Source: a virus (lineage: Duplodnaviria; Caudoviricetes). Taken from it: 64,000 nucleotides of DNA. Position numbers and translations under genes: made by a program. This document shows, in pieces, positions 28,740-38,099 of this stretch. The stretch is from positions 64,001 through 128,000 of the IMG/VR virus record IMGVR_UViG_2595698524_000001. One strand, 5' to 3'. Every line of letters starts with the position of its first letter. Positions within the stretch are counted from its first letter, which is position 1. The notes under the pieces are model-generated. The model searched no databases, had not been told where the DNA came from, and saw only the letters and a program-made list of their open reading frames with translations.

Positions 28740-29342
28740 ATGATTTTAGAATCTCTTTTACGAATTACCAGAGCTCGCTTTAAAGAATCTGGGAAGTTGC
28801 CTGCACACGTGACTATCCGTCGTCACGGTTTTGAGCGTAAGTATCACATCACAACTATCGTGGCTATCGCCTCCCGTATCGCCGGTAAGAAGCGTACGAT
28901 TGGCGTTAGTGATGAACAGAACGCGGCGTGCATGATCCGTATTGCCAGTCGTGAAATGTATAAGTACCGCAAACAGTCCCCGGTCGCTTGCTGGGCTTTG
29001 CGCGATGTCGAAAAAACTCCGTTGCCTGCGGCGGCACGTGTTATCGACCTGCGTGAAGACTATTGCAACGTCGAAGGTCTGGTGCTTGACCGCTTAATGC
29101 GTGTCATTAAAGCCGACCAGTCAGGTGAGTGTTCGCAACAGCACGGTGTCGCGGCAGTTCAAAAGCTGCTGGAAACGGACATCATCATTGTTAACACCCC
29201 GCTCGAATCTGCACGTATGCAAGATTACCTTGCTCGTCGTGTTCTCAAGCCGGTCGTGGTAACAGGGGAAGAAATCGCGGGTTACTACGACGCGCCGGTT
29301 ACAAAGGGCGAGTGGAGTAAACCCACTGTAGCGTACGGTTAA
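28740..29342 (+). CDS. hypothetical protein
   Basis: 200-aa ORF in operon. Confidence 0.75.
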   Translation: MILESLLRITRARFKESGKLPAHVTIRRHGFERKYHITTIVAIASRIAGKKRTIGVSDEQNAACMIRIASREMYKYRKQSPVACWALRDVEKTPLPAAARVIDLREDYCNVEGLVLDRLMRVIKADQSGECSQQHGVAAVQKLLETDIIIVNTPLESARMQDYLARRVLKPVVVTGEEIAGYYDAPVTKGEWSKPTVAYG

Positions 29343-29346
29343 TAAA

Positions 29347-29994
29347 ATGCAAAAGCCTTTTGTTATTGCTATAGGCGGTCCCGATTATGGTGGGAAGTCT
29401 ACTTTTTGTAAGTCAGTAACGGAACTACTGGCCGCGTCTGGGTACAAAGCAGTGACTATCGGTTTCCCTAGCACGACTGAGCTAGGTCTGGCTGCCCGTG
29501 AATCTATCCGGGCAGGTGAGCCTGCTGAAGTGCAAGCGGCGAAACTGATAGCCGACTTCAAATCGCACCTGAACACGTTCGGGAAAAGCGATGCGGATGT
29601 CATCCTTCTTGACCATTTCGTTATCTCAACGATTATGCATCAGGGGGACGCTGGAAAAGCGGCTGTCTTTAACAGTGCGATACTGCGCCACAACTACGCC
29701 CCGTCAGTCTTCGTGGAAATTACCTGCGACTACGAGACAATGCTTCAACGTGCGAAAGCGCGCTTCGAAGAGAAGGGTGAAACGTGGGACGATGTGTTGA
29801 CTGCGAAATACACCGCGTCACCGGAGAAGTGGGAAGCCTTAGTGCAGCGAAGTGAATTCGCCCACCGTATAGTCACCGAATCAGGAGAACGTCGTGAGTG
29901 GATTCGTCTGAGTCCACATTGGCAAACCAGCGATGCGTTGCAGCTGGTCCTGAAGTTGGTGAATACGTTTGAGCACGAACGCCAGCCTGCTTAA
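29347..29994 (+). CDS. tmk: thymidylate (dNMP) kinase-like protein
   Basis: P-loop GPDYGGKST; FP...LG; LLDHF..ST..HQG (canonical DR..S..YQG). Confidence 0.75.
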   Translation: MQKPFVIAIGGPDYGGKSTFCKSVTELLAASGYKAVTIGFPSTTELGLAARESIRAGEPAEVQAAKLIADFKSHLNTFGKSDADVILLDHFVISTIMHQGDAGKAAVFNSAILRHNYAPSVFVEITCDYETMLQRAKARFEEKGETWDDVLTAKYTASPEKWEALVQRSEFAHRIVTESGERREWIRLSPHWQTSDALQLVLKLVNTFEHERQPA

Positions 29995-30000
29995 GATGTG

Positions 30001-30038
30001 CGTCCTGACTTCGGTCAGGACGTCATCAATTATTTTTT
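30001..30038 (+). terminator. intrinsic terminator, cUUCGg hairpin
   Basis: CGTCCTGAC-TTCG-GTCAGGACG then TTATTTTTT. Confidence 0.8.
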
Positions 30039-30060
30039 CAGATATATTTTATTTTGATGA
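30039..30060 (+). promoter_or_regulatory. putative early promoter
   Basis: CAGATATATTTTATTTTGATGA, 18/22 identical to the copy at 24182. Confidence 0.7.
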
Positions 30061-30109
30061 AAATAACATGGTATCGCCATGCTATGCCGAAGAACCGTGG
30101 AGCTTTAAA

Positions 30110-30967
30110 ATGAAAACCGTGGAATTAACTTTGTCCCATTTACATCGCAGTGAATGGATTAAGCAACTGAATGCGATGTCCGATAAGTACCCTGTTCGTA
30201 AGACGTTACTCGACATGAAAAAGAAAGACGTCAAGATTGCGATACAGGTAACAGACGATAAAAAGCTCCTTGCCTTTTTAGCCATGATGGACGGCGTACA
30301 GGAAGGCGACGCTGTGGGTCTGTGCTTCGGCAATGCGCCAGCCGCTACCGCTGATTTTGCTGGAGAGGCCATGCGCCTTTTCAACTACAAGGTACTGCGT
30401 ATGCAAGTACCACAGAAACACTTCCACCCAGAAGCAGAACGTCTGGGCATCCTGAAGAACTTTACCATGCTGCATCGTCGTGGCGTGTATGACGGTGAAC
30501 CGGTTGAAGATGTTGAACTGGTAAGTGGGGAAATATTCCCGTCAGTAGATGCGCGTGACATTGTTAAGATGCGTGACTTACTGACGTATGCGGTGAGCGT
30601 GGAGGAGAAATTCGACCGCTTAGGCCGTGACCACTTAAGTCACTATAGCAGCCAGCATGTGATTGGGCGTATGGAGAGCTTTGGCTTCTTTGCGCTTGTC
30701 CATCGCTGTGAAGGGGAAGTGGTGGGGATGATTACGGCACAAGCCGGGTCAGAGTTTATAGAAATTAATGGCTTGGCGGTGGCAGCAGAACACCAACGCA
30801 AAGGCATTGGCACCAAACTGGTAAAAGGTCTGATGCATCTGGTCAAAGAGTATTACGACCAGACCGCTGCAATGGTCTTTACCAATAACGTAGGTTCGAT
30901 TGCTCTGTTTGAAAAATTAGGATTCGTTGAAGAGTCCGCCCTATTCATGAAAATCATTGAGGATTAA
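30110..30967 (+). CDS. GNAT acetyltransferase, probable tandem double-GNAT
   Basis: LAVAAEHQRKGIGTKLV and NVGSIALFEKLGF; GGAG SD before ATG 30110. Confidence 0.85.
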   Translation: MKTVELTLSHLHRSEWIKQLNAMSDKYPVRKTLLDMKKKDVKIAIQVTDDKKLLAFLAMMDGVQEGDAVGLCFGNAPAATADFAGEAMRLFNYKVLRMQVPQKHFHPEAERLGILKNFTMLHRRGVYDGEPVEDVELVSGEIFPSVDARDIVKMRDLLTYAVSVEEKFDRLGRDHLSHYSSQHVIGRMESFGFFALVHRCEGEVVGMITAQAGSEFIEINGLAVAAEHQRKGIGTKLVKGLMHLVKEYYDQTAAMVFTNNVGSIALFEKLGFVEESALFMKIIED

Positions 30968-30970
30968 TTA

Positions 30971-31828
30971 ATGGAATATGCACTGTTAGATGTCACCAGT
31001 AACGACCCGATGCCGCTGGTACCGGAAGAAATGCAGCATGCTATCGTTGGCATGACAATGCAAGGCGGTAAGGTTTTCGTTGCTGAAGATAAAGAAGCCG
31101 GCGAAGTCCGCGGTATTCTTGGTGTATTCCCTTCCTACATTCCGACTGCGCTGGAAATCGGGATGATGTACACGTTCGGCGATGAGAACGCTATCACGCC
31201 GGAATTCATTAAGCACGTGCTCACCACGCTGGAGTGCGATACGTTACGTTGTCAGATGCGTGATGACCCTTCCCGTGAAATGGTGGCGGCTCTGGGCTTT
31301 AAGCAGGAAACCACTATCTACGCAACTGACCTCGCGGACGGCGACACCGAAGCGGATATCGTGTCTGTTGCCGGTGATAAGTTCGATTACCTGACGCCCG
31401 AGCAGGTTGAGCAGATTCGCATGCTCATTCGCGTCGGTGGGGCTGAAGAAGCTTCCTTTACAGGTAAGCCACATACCCCGTCCGATGAAGACATCGAAAT
31501 CATGCTGCAGACCGTCAAAGATGCACAGGTCGATTTGCTGCTGCGGATTATCGATGAGAAGGTCGTTGGGTTGTTGGCCGTAGAACCCTGCCCGGGCCAT
31601 GCGACTATTACTTGCTTGACGGTACACCCTGAATATCGTTTACAGGGTATCGGTCGTAAGCTGGTGAATCGTGCGGCGATTGAGTACATCCGCAATGACG
31701 GCGAACTGCTACTGGCAAACGTAATGGAATGCACTCCGCATCTGAAAGAGTTTGCCTACTCGATCAAGATGGTGCCGGTTGCTACAGTTCACAAATTCGT
31801 TCTGCTGGAGGAGAAGGAGGCAGCATGA
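30971..31828 (+). CDS. GNAT acetyltransferase, probable tandem double-GNAT
   Basis: LTVHPEYRLQGIGRKLV; N-half has VFVAED..GEVRG and AALGF. Confidence 0.85.
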   Translation: MEYALLDVTSNDPMPLVPEEMQHAIVGMTMQGGKVFVAEDKEAGEVRGILGVFPSYIPTALEIGMMYTFGDENAITPEFIKHVLTTLECDTLRCQMRDDPSREMVAALGFKQETTIYATDLADGDTEADIVSVAGDKFDYLTPEQVEQIRMLIRVGGAEEASFTGKPHTPSDEDIEIMLQTVKDAQVDLLLRIIDEKVVGLLAVEPCPGHATITCLTVHPEYRLQGIGRKLVNRAAIEYIRNDGELLLANVMECTPHLKEFAYSIKMVPVATVHKFVLLEEKEAA

Positions 31829-32712
31829 TTGTTGCAGGACACAAATCGGATCTCCCGTTAGTAGTCTGGGAGAGTGCAAGCAAGAAAATGCCGGATGAGC
31901 TTCTCCGGCAGTCTCGTTTCCCTAACGTCAAGTTCATTATTGAAACCGACGACGACGGGGAAGTGATTGCTTTTGCCGCTGGCGAGTCGACGATGGTTTA
32001 TTACGTCATGGCCGGCATTTACAGTGTCAACGATTCCCCTAGTCCAGAGTTCATGGAAGTGGGGATGCGACAACTCAACCTTCAGGTTGCGACGTTGCCG
32101 GTAGAATCCGATGAGCACGTCTTCGAACAGATGGGCTTTAAAGTAATCCACCGGTTGTACGCCTCGACCCCGGAAGTGCCACTCCAGACTCCTGAGTTTA
32201 TCACGAGTATGGATATGGTGCCGATGATTGATTGGCCAAAGTACGAAATGTTGATGGCAATGGATTTGGAACTGGCGCAGCCGACAGAAAGTGGCCGCGG
32301 TTACGAAAAACCAATGCGTGAGCTTTTCGAGCAGATAAAAGCCAATCCCGAACTGGCGATCGTTAAACTGAAAGACGGGCGACTGCACGGGGTCATGATG
32401 TTGATGAAATCCCTGATGCGCCCCGACGATTGTACTCCGTTGTTGCAGACCGAATTGTACGTCCCTAAGGCGTTACTCTCACTGCCAACGGATGACGGAA
32501 TCAGCAACCCTAATGAGATGCTGCACTACGCAACTCGTCTTTTAGAGTCGCAAAATAAACGAATGGTCATCCAATCTGAAGACCCTGCGGGCGAATTATA
32601 TTTGCGCGATACGCTGAAATACCAATATATTTACAGCACGTGCCAGTATTACGTTCCCGACGAGTCTGAAGTGACCGAACCTGCCACACATGCTATGGAC
32701 GACCCATCCTAA
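31825..32712 (+). CDS. degenerate GNAT-fold paralog
   Basis: DDDGEVIAFA and VFEQMGFK; similar size to its neighbours; ATGA coupling; lacks a clear motif A. Confidence 0.55.
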   Translation: MIVAGHKSDLPLVVWESASKKMPDELLRQSRFPNVKFIIETDDDGEVIAFAAGESTMVYYVMAGIYSVNDSPSPEFMEVGMRQLNLQVATLPVESDEHVFEQMGFKVIHRLYASTPEVPLQTPEFITSMDMVPMIDWPKYEMLMAMDLELAQPTESGRGYEKPMRELFEQIKANPELAIVKLKDGRLHGVMMLMKSLMRPDDCTPLLQTELYVPKALLSLPTDDGISNPNEMLHYATRLLESQNKRMVIQSEDPAGELYLRDTLKYQYIYSTCQYYVPDESEVTEPATHAMDDPS

Positions 32713-32791
32713 GGCAATACCGCTTAATAAGCGGACGTGTGGGAATTTTATTCTCAACCAAGCTTGCGCAATAATCCATTATGGAGTAACC

Positions 32792-33058
32792 ATGAGTCAG
32801 AATATTAACCGCAAAGTCAGTGCCAAGAAAGACGTGTACTATGCCGTAGGTGAAGTCGTTCGCGCGGTAATCGATAAGGAGCAAGTCCTTCACCTCGCAG
32901 TGCCTAGCGAAGTCACACGTGCAGATCGCCGCATGTTGGACAAGCTGGTCATCAAAGCAAAAGCGCGCGACGGTGTTCGTAGCGTCAAGGAAGTCCCGGG
33001 TACTGTGATGGAACTGGTAGACGGTGAGATCCATGTAAGACGTGGCGCGGCGGCCTAA
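32792..33058 (+). CDS. hypothetical protein
   Basis: GGAG SD before ATG 32792. Confidence 0.7.
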   Translation: MSQNINRKVSAKKDVYYAVGEVVRAVIDKEQVLHLAVPSEVTRADRRMLDKLVIKAKARDGVRSVKEVPGTVMELVDGEIHVRRGAAA

Positions 33059-33266
33059 GGCTGTCTACGAGCACCTGAGCGACGACTATACGTCACTCAA
33101 GGGGGTTCGTATGGCTGTATCTATCCTGACGGGTGCATTAATCTCCGCGTTCGTATGGGAATGCTTATCTTGGTTTTTCAAACTGGGTGGTGTTCCCGTA
33201 CTTCAGCGTGTGGGTATGATGGGCATGTGGTTTGGCTTCTACTATGCCCTCTTTCACATTGATTAA
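33042..33266 (+). CDS. small membrane protein with two TM helices
   Basis: Two hydrophobic segments; start uncertain. Confidence 0.55.
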   Translation: MARRPKAVYEHLSDDYTSLKGVRMAVSILTGALISAFVWECLSWFFKLGGVPVLQRVGMMGMWFGFYYALFHID

Positions 33267-33305
33267 AAATAACAAGCTTCACGATTTCTCTGGGAGTGGA
33301 GAATC

Positions 33306-33494
33306 ATGTCGTATAACGTAGCAATCGTTCCACAACGTAAATTTGGAGCGGCGCGTCGTATTAGCGCAATTCAACTTTACGCACAGCGCAATAATCTCGA
33401 CTACAACGTAGCAGCAAGTCAGCTGGCGCAAACGCCTCTCAACGATATCCTTCGTGAGCTCGGTCTTTTACCGAAACAAGAAGCTGCAGTGTAG
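33306..33494 (+). CDS. hypothetical protein
   Basis: GGAG SD; followed by a UUCG terminator at 33502-33541. Confidence 0.7.
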   Translation: MSYNVAIVPQRKFGAARRISAIQLYAQRNNLDYNVAASQLAQTPLNDILRELGLLPKQEAAV

Positions 33495-33550
33495 CACTCA
33501 GGCGTCCTCTTCGGGGGACGTCATTTTCTATTTTTTTATTTGGAGTAATC

Positions 33551-33970
33551 ATGAAAACTTCTCGAATGTTAGAAGATGTGTTAATGGGACATGGGGCACA
33601 GGGCCATATCGTTGATGACTTCATTGCAGCATCTCGCGTAATTTATCGTATTCGACCGAGCAAGCTGAAACCCGGCCAGCGGGACATGGTCTTCGGTCAC
33701 GGTGCTTTGAAGATATCTTACATTCGTCTCAATCTGGGCAAGATGTTAGACGGTTACAATATCGTGGTGTATAACCCAGAAGACCCGCCGATTGATATCA
33801 TTAGTCGCACCTTACACCTGCAGGACTTACAGGACTTAAAGGTCAGCCCAATAAAGTACGACAAGAAACGACGCAAGCATTTTATTTCTATTGCGGCTAT
33901 ACGTGGTTCAAACGTTTACGTCGGTGGTGGTAGGGTATACTTACATCTCGTAGACCCCAATGCCAAATAA
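33551..33970 (+). CDS. hypothetical protein
   Basis: GGAG SD; terminator at 33979-34019. Confidence 0.75.
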   Translation: MKTSRMLEDVLMGHGAQGHIVDDFIAASRVIYRIRPSKLKPGQRDMVFGHGALKISYIRLNLGKMLDGYNIVVYNPEDPPIDIISRTLHLQDLQDLKVSPIKYDKKRRKHFISIAAIRGSNVYVGGGRVYLHLVDPNAK

Positions 33971-34031
33971 AAAATACATTAGTGCGCAAACTTATGCGCA
34001 CTAAACACTTTATTTTTTTGTGGAGTATCCA

Positions 34032-34466
34032 ATGGATAATAAAGGTTATGTTGAATGTTCGAAGGTGGTGCATGAATACGCTGCCCGCTCAGAACAAAAA
34101 TTGTTAGCGCTAGGTGTTATACGTGGCGTTGCTTCATTAACCGATGAAGATCTAATCGCCACAGGTTACCGCGAACGTTTTGATATTATTCTCATGACGT
34201 TGGGCGCAGCGGGTTTGGAATTGAACCTCACCCCTGATGAGATAACACTGGGTCTCGAAGCACCTCTCGCTAAAGGTGAGACGGTTGTTGGGGTTGCATG
34301 GGAAATGGCCACGGCGTTGACTACCGCCGTTAATGACCCGACCAATGCACTTGAGGCGTATATAGCCGCATGGGGCTGCATCAAGACTTTGATGTCGTTA
34401 TGCATGCTTGACTTTGAAGAGTACATGCAGACTTTCTCGTTTTTAAGAGGTTTGAAATCCGAATGA
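34032..34466 (+). CDS. all-alpha hypothetical protein, paralog A
   Basis: GGAG SD; similar to the next gene. Confidence 0.75.
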   Translation: MDNKGYVECSKVVHEYAARSEQKLLALGVIRGVASLTDEDLIATGYRERFDIILMTLGAAGLELNLTPDEITLGLEAPLAKGETVVGVAWEMATALTTAVNDPTNALEAYIAAWGCIKTLMSLCMLDFEEYMQTFSFLRGLKSE

Positions 34467-34885
34467 ATATTGAACACTTTGTCGTCCGTGCTCGTCAGTT
34501 TGATAATAACGAGCCTAATAAAACCCCTGCCAATAAACTAGCATTGGACTTCGCCGCCCACGTCAACTTCATGACGACAACAGACTACGCTCGCACCCGC
34601 GCAGTTGAACATGCTGAGGCCGCATTACGCATTGTGACTCTGTTGGGTATTCGTCTTGGCTTAGAGGATGATGATATCGAACTGGCTTTACATACGCCGG
34701 GCACCACTCTCTACAGCCACATGTTTGAGGCAGGTTTTGCCAGTGTTTCTGCGGCAATCGAATCTATTTCAGATGAGCGAATGAAACTTCGCAGCTGGCT
34801 TTTTGCCGTGTGCTCTTTCAAAACGTTATTGACTATCCTCAATATCGACTTCGACAAAACGTTAACCGATTTCATTCTGGTGTAA
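34463..34885 (+). CDS. all-alpha hypothetical protein, paralog B
   Basis: ATGA coupling; LGLEDDDIELAL and KTLLTILNIDF align with paralog A. Confidence 0.75.
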   Translation: MNIEHFVVRARQFDNNEPNKTPANKLALDFAAHVNFMTTTDYARTRAVEHAEAALRIVTLLGIRLGLEDDDIELALHTPGTTLYSHMFEAGFASVSAAIESISDERMKLRSWLFAVCSFKTLLTILNIDFDKTLTDFILV

Positions 34886-34894
34886 GGAACGACT

Positions 34895-35908
34895 ATGAAA
34901 CAGTATCAAGATTTAATGGCTGAAGTCTTTGCGAAAGGTACGCCGAAGAAAGACCGTACCGGTACAGGCACGCTTTCTATCTTCGGCCACCAGATGCGTT
35001 TCAACTTGCAAGAAGGTTTCCCGCTGGTAACGACCAAGCGTTGCCACCTGCGCTCTATTATCCATGAACTGCTGTGGTTCCTGAAAGGCGACACCAATAT
35101 CCAGTACCTGAAAGATAATGGTGTAACCATTTGGGACGAATGGGCGGACAAAAATGGCGACCTCGGTCCGGTATACGGTAAGCAGTGGCGGGCATGGACT
35201 GCGCATGATGAGGTCCATACTGGCAATAAGAAAATTATTGCTGAGATGGAAGAAGATGGGTGGGAAGAAGCGGGTTATCGCGAAGCTTCGATGCTGCTGA
35301 CTAAAGATATCGACCAGATTGCCAAAGTCATGGGCCAGTTGAAAAACGACCCGGATAATCGGCGTATCATCGTTAGTGCATGGAACGTAGCTGACCTTGA
35401 CGATATGGCCTTAGCTCCTTGCCACGCCTTCTTCCAGTTTTATACTCGTGAAATGTCCTTGGATGAGCGTGTACAGTGGGCGGAAGAAAACGACAACGAG
35501 CTGTGGTCTGATTACATCCACGCCACGTTTGTGGATGAAAACACCCGTCTCGGGTGGCTGGATAAAGCCGGGGTTCCTACGCGTAAGTTGTCTTGTCAGC
35601 TCTATCAGCGTAGTGCCGACGTGTTCTTGGGTGTGCCGTTTAACATCGCGTCGTATGCTCTACTGATTCACATGTTTGCACAGCAGGCGAATATGGCGGT
35701 GGGCGATTTCGTCTGGACCGGCGGTGATGTGCATCTGTATTCTAACCATCTGGAACAGGCACGTACTCAGTTAGGTCGTACTCCGCGTGCGTTGCCTAAG
35801 CTGATTATCAAACGTAAGCCGGACTCTATCTTCGACTATAAGTTCGAAGATTTTGATATCGAAGGCTACGACCCACACCCGGCTATTAAAGCACCGGTGG
35901 CGATATGA
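34895..35908 (+). CDS. thyA: thymidylate synthase with two insertions
   Basis: [24 protein letters not shown] and KAPVAI; near-colinear with E. coli ThyA. Confidence 0.97.
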   Translation: MKQYQDLMAEVFAKGTPKKDRTGTGTLSIFGHQMRFNLQEGFPLVTTKRCHLRSIIHELLWFLKGDTNIQYLKDNGVTIWDEWADKNGDLGPVYGKQWRAWTAHDEVHTGNKKIIAEMEEDGWEEAGYREASMLLTKDIDQIAKVMGQLKNDPDNRRIIVSAWNVADLDDMALAPCHAFFQFYTREMSLDERVQWAEENDNELWSDYIHATFVDENTRLGWLDKAGVPTRKLSCQLYQRSADVFLGVPFNIASYALLIHMFAQQANMAVGDFVWTGGDVHLYSNHLEQARTQLGRTPRALPKLIIKRKPDSIFDYKFEDFDIEGYDPHPAIKAPVAI

Positions 35909-36171
35909 GTAATAAATCTCGCTATCAAGAGCCTAGGCTCGGTATCACCATTCGACTAGCTAAAAAGGACGTTATGGCTAAAGGTGACCATTTCTCTCAG
36001 GAGCAGTGGGAGGCGCTTAAAAAGCTACGGCCAGATATCACCGCGTCGTCACTCGTGCAGTTGGCCTTAGCTGAGTACGCTAAGATTCTTCCCGATATCC
36101 TTATTCAGGAGCAGGAGAAGGAGCTGGAAAGACTGCGTGAACTCAAAAACTATCTCTACACGACGGATTGA
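35905..36171 (+). CDS. hypothetical protein
   Basis: ATGA-coupled to thyA. Confidence 0.65.
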   Translation: MSNKSRYQEPRLGITIRLAKKDVMAKGDHFSQEQWEALKKLRPDITASSLVQLALAEYAKILPDILIQEQEKELERLRELKNYLYTTD

Positions 36172-36353
36172 TTATGGCCAGTGATAGACCGGCGCAGGAA
36201 ATCGTAAGCGATATTCTTGCCGACTATAATGAGCGCGGATTACAGCAAATCACTTTACACAGCACGGGCGAGTTTATTCACGTCTCTGCTGTGGATGTGA
36301 AACGTAAACGCGTAGTTAATACTTACGCCCGTACGGAGCCTAAACGCCGATGA
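36168..36353 (+). CDS. hypothetical protein
   Basis: Short ORF coupled on both sides. Confidence 0.55.
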   Translation: MIMASDRPAQEIVSDILADYNERGLQQITLHSTGEFIHVSAVDVKRKRVVNTYARTEPKRR

Positions 36354-37081
36354 GCAGAATCCCGCAGTATGACGATAAGAACCGACTTTATTACCCAATC
36401 ACTCTTATCGACACAGAAGGCCGTTTTACGATTAACGGTATTAGTTATGCGGTGGACGTAGACAACATTGAAAACTTCAGTGTGTTTAAACGTCCCAATG
36501 TTTATGTTGAGTTAGAACATCCGGCGCGTTTACCGACGATGTCTGACGAAGACTATCGTCGTCGAAATGCCAGCATCGAAACTCAAAACGTGGTGGGCAC
36601 GGTCGACGTAACTATCCTGCGTCCGAGTCGCAGTCGTGTTGTTGTAACAGGTAACTTCTACCCGGGCAACCTCAAACCTGAAATCCGCGAAGCCTTTGAA
36701 CGCGGGGACCTTTCGTTAGGTGTTCGTGCCCGTGTCACGACAGACCGGTTGGTGGACATCATCACGTGGGATTTGGTGTTCCTGCCTGAACGTGAACTGC
36801 GCCATGTGGAATGCGAGCGACCGCCGTTAAATACGACGCTGTTCGTTTCTTCCAATCGGGGCTATACGTGGTTCCCGGCAATGTTTCTCTGGATAGGCGA
36901 GAAAACGTTTGTCTGGCGCAACATGGTAGGTGGTGCGCAGGCTGATAACGAAATCACCAACAACAACCGCTTCACGTACTTCATGTGGTCACCTGTACCT
37001 GAGGGTGTTGAATTAAAAACGTATAGCGGCAATGATGTGCCCGATTTCCTACGCAAAAGGAGTGATGCGAATGCTAATTAA
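36350..37081 (+). CDS. prohead-protease-like paralog, probably inactive, with an extra C-terminal domain
   Basis: VELEHP..P.M...Y..R..I...NV, LGVRA and IITWDLV resemble T4 gp21/phiKZ gp175 motifs. Confidence 0.55.
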   Translation: MSRIPQYDDKNRLYYPITLIDTEGRFTINGISYAVDVDNIENFSVFKRPNVYVELEHPARLPTMSDEDYRRRNASIETQNVVGTVDVTILRPSRSRVVVTGNFYPGNLKPEIREAFERGDLSLGVRARVTTDRLVDIITWDLVFLPERELRHVECERPPLNTTLFVSSNRGYTWFPAMFLWIGEKTFVWRNMVGGAQADNEITNNNRFTYFMWSPVPEGVELKTYSGNDVPDFLRKRSDANAN

Positions 37082-37559
37082 AGAATTGGATGACCGCATT
37101 AACTTTATCGATAAGAACGATAACTTTGTGGGCATCGAGCATGCTAAGCAGCATCACGGCCTGTGCGCGTTTGATTGGTGGATTACTGACGATGAACGTG
37201 AAATCGGTACGTTGAAGCCACGTCAAGACCGCTTCATGCTTCGCGACGGTAGCATGGTAGATGTGAATGAACTGGTGTTTGATACTCGCTCAGACATCTT
37301 TCAAGGTAAACTGGTGTTGAAAGGCGTCAGTAATAAGCACCCAATGATGGGTGACCGTGAAGAGCTTGAAACTAAGCACTATATCGTCGCCGTCAAAGTT
37401 CGTGACCAGTACGATATTGAGCATTGGCTGGTTATGACCAATAACCATAACGGCTGGTACAGCCTAGGCTGGAAATCAAATCTGATTCCCGGCGAGGTTG
37501 ATATTAACGACAGCAACTTCTATCAGGAAGATTGCGACGGTAATACTCTGGGGATTTAA
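37071..37559 (+). CDS. hypothetical protein
   Basis: AGGAG SD; NNHNGWYS motif. Confidence 0.7.
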   Translation: MLIKELDDRINFIDKNDNFVGIEHAKQHHGLCAFDWWITDDEREIGTLKPRQDRFMLRDGSMVDVNELVFDTRSDIFQGKLVLKGVSNKHPMMGDREELETKHYIVAVKVRDQYDIEHWLVMTNNHNGWYSLGWKSNLIPGEVDINDSNFYQEDCDGNTLGI

Positions 37560-38090
37560 ATGTCAGATAAAATCGTACCCTTCACACCGCGCCCGTCTAA
37601 CGGACCTTCACTGGATGTGAACCCAGTTGATGTGTCCGAGGTTGCTCAGTTCAGAGATTATGACACTGGCCGTATTGAAGTACCGCAGGCTGATGGCTCA
37701 ACCCGTTCGGTTATCTTCAACATGGATTTAGTTGACTGGTGGCTGGCATTGTCTGAGCGGTTTGTTAAAACGATGCCAGAAGGTCCGTATGGCCGCGCTT
37801 TCATCGGACTGAACAAACTCGAACACGCGGTTACGGATGTTTTCACGAACCGCAAGCGTCATCTTGAAATGGAGATTACGCGCCAGCAGTTCGAACAGTT
37901 TGTTCAGGCGGTTCCATGTCAACTGATGGAGACCACCCATCGTACCTGTCAGTTGAGCGTAGCGGAGTTCGTTATTGAACACGTTGAAGATAACATCTTC
38001 GCTAAGCAAATTCCGGCTGACCTTGAGTCAGCTATTTTCCTCTATCAAGTGGACGGCGAACGCTTCCGTCTCCACTACGTCGAACAGTAA
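37560..38090 (+). CDS. hypothetical protein
   Basis: 176-aa ORF abutting the previous stop codon. Confidence 0.75.
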   Translation: MSDKIVPFTPRPSNGPSLDVNPVDVSEVAQFRDYDTGRIEVPQADGSTRSVIFNMDLVDWWLALSERFVKTMPEGPYGRAFIGLNKLEHAVTDVFTNRKRHLEMEITRQQFEQFVQAVPCQLMETTHRTCQLSVAEFVIEHVEDNIFAKQIPADLESAIFLYQVDGERFRLHYVEQ

Positions 38091-38099
38091 GGGTAAGTA

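Noticed and set aside
29969-30109. ORF-track N-terminal extensions (also at 26065, 40233, 50604, 6788 and 13056)
   Set aside because: They cross terminators, promoters or neighbouring genes; downstream ATGs have better SDs or context
35190-35590. ThyA insertions considered as inteins or introns
   Set aside because: Too short, in frame, with no intein C/S...HN termini or homing endonuclease
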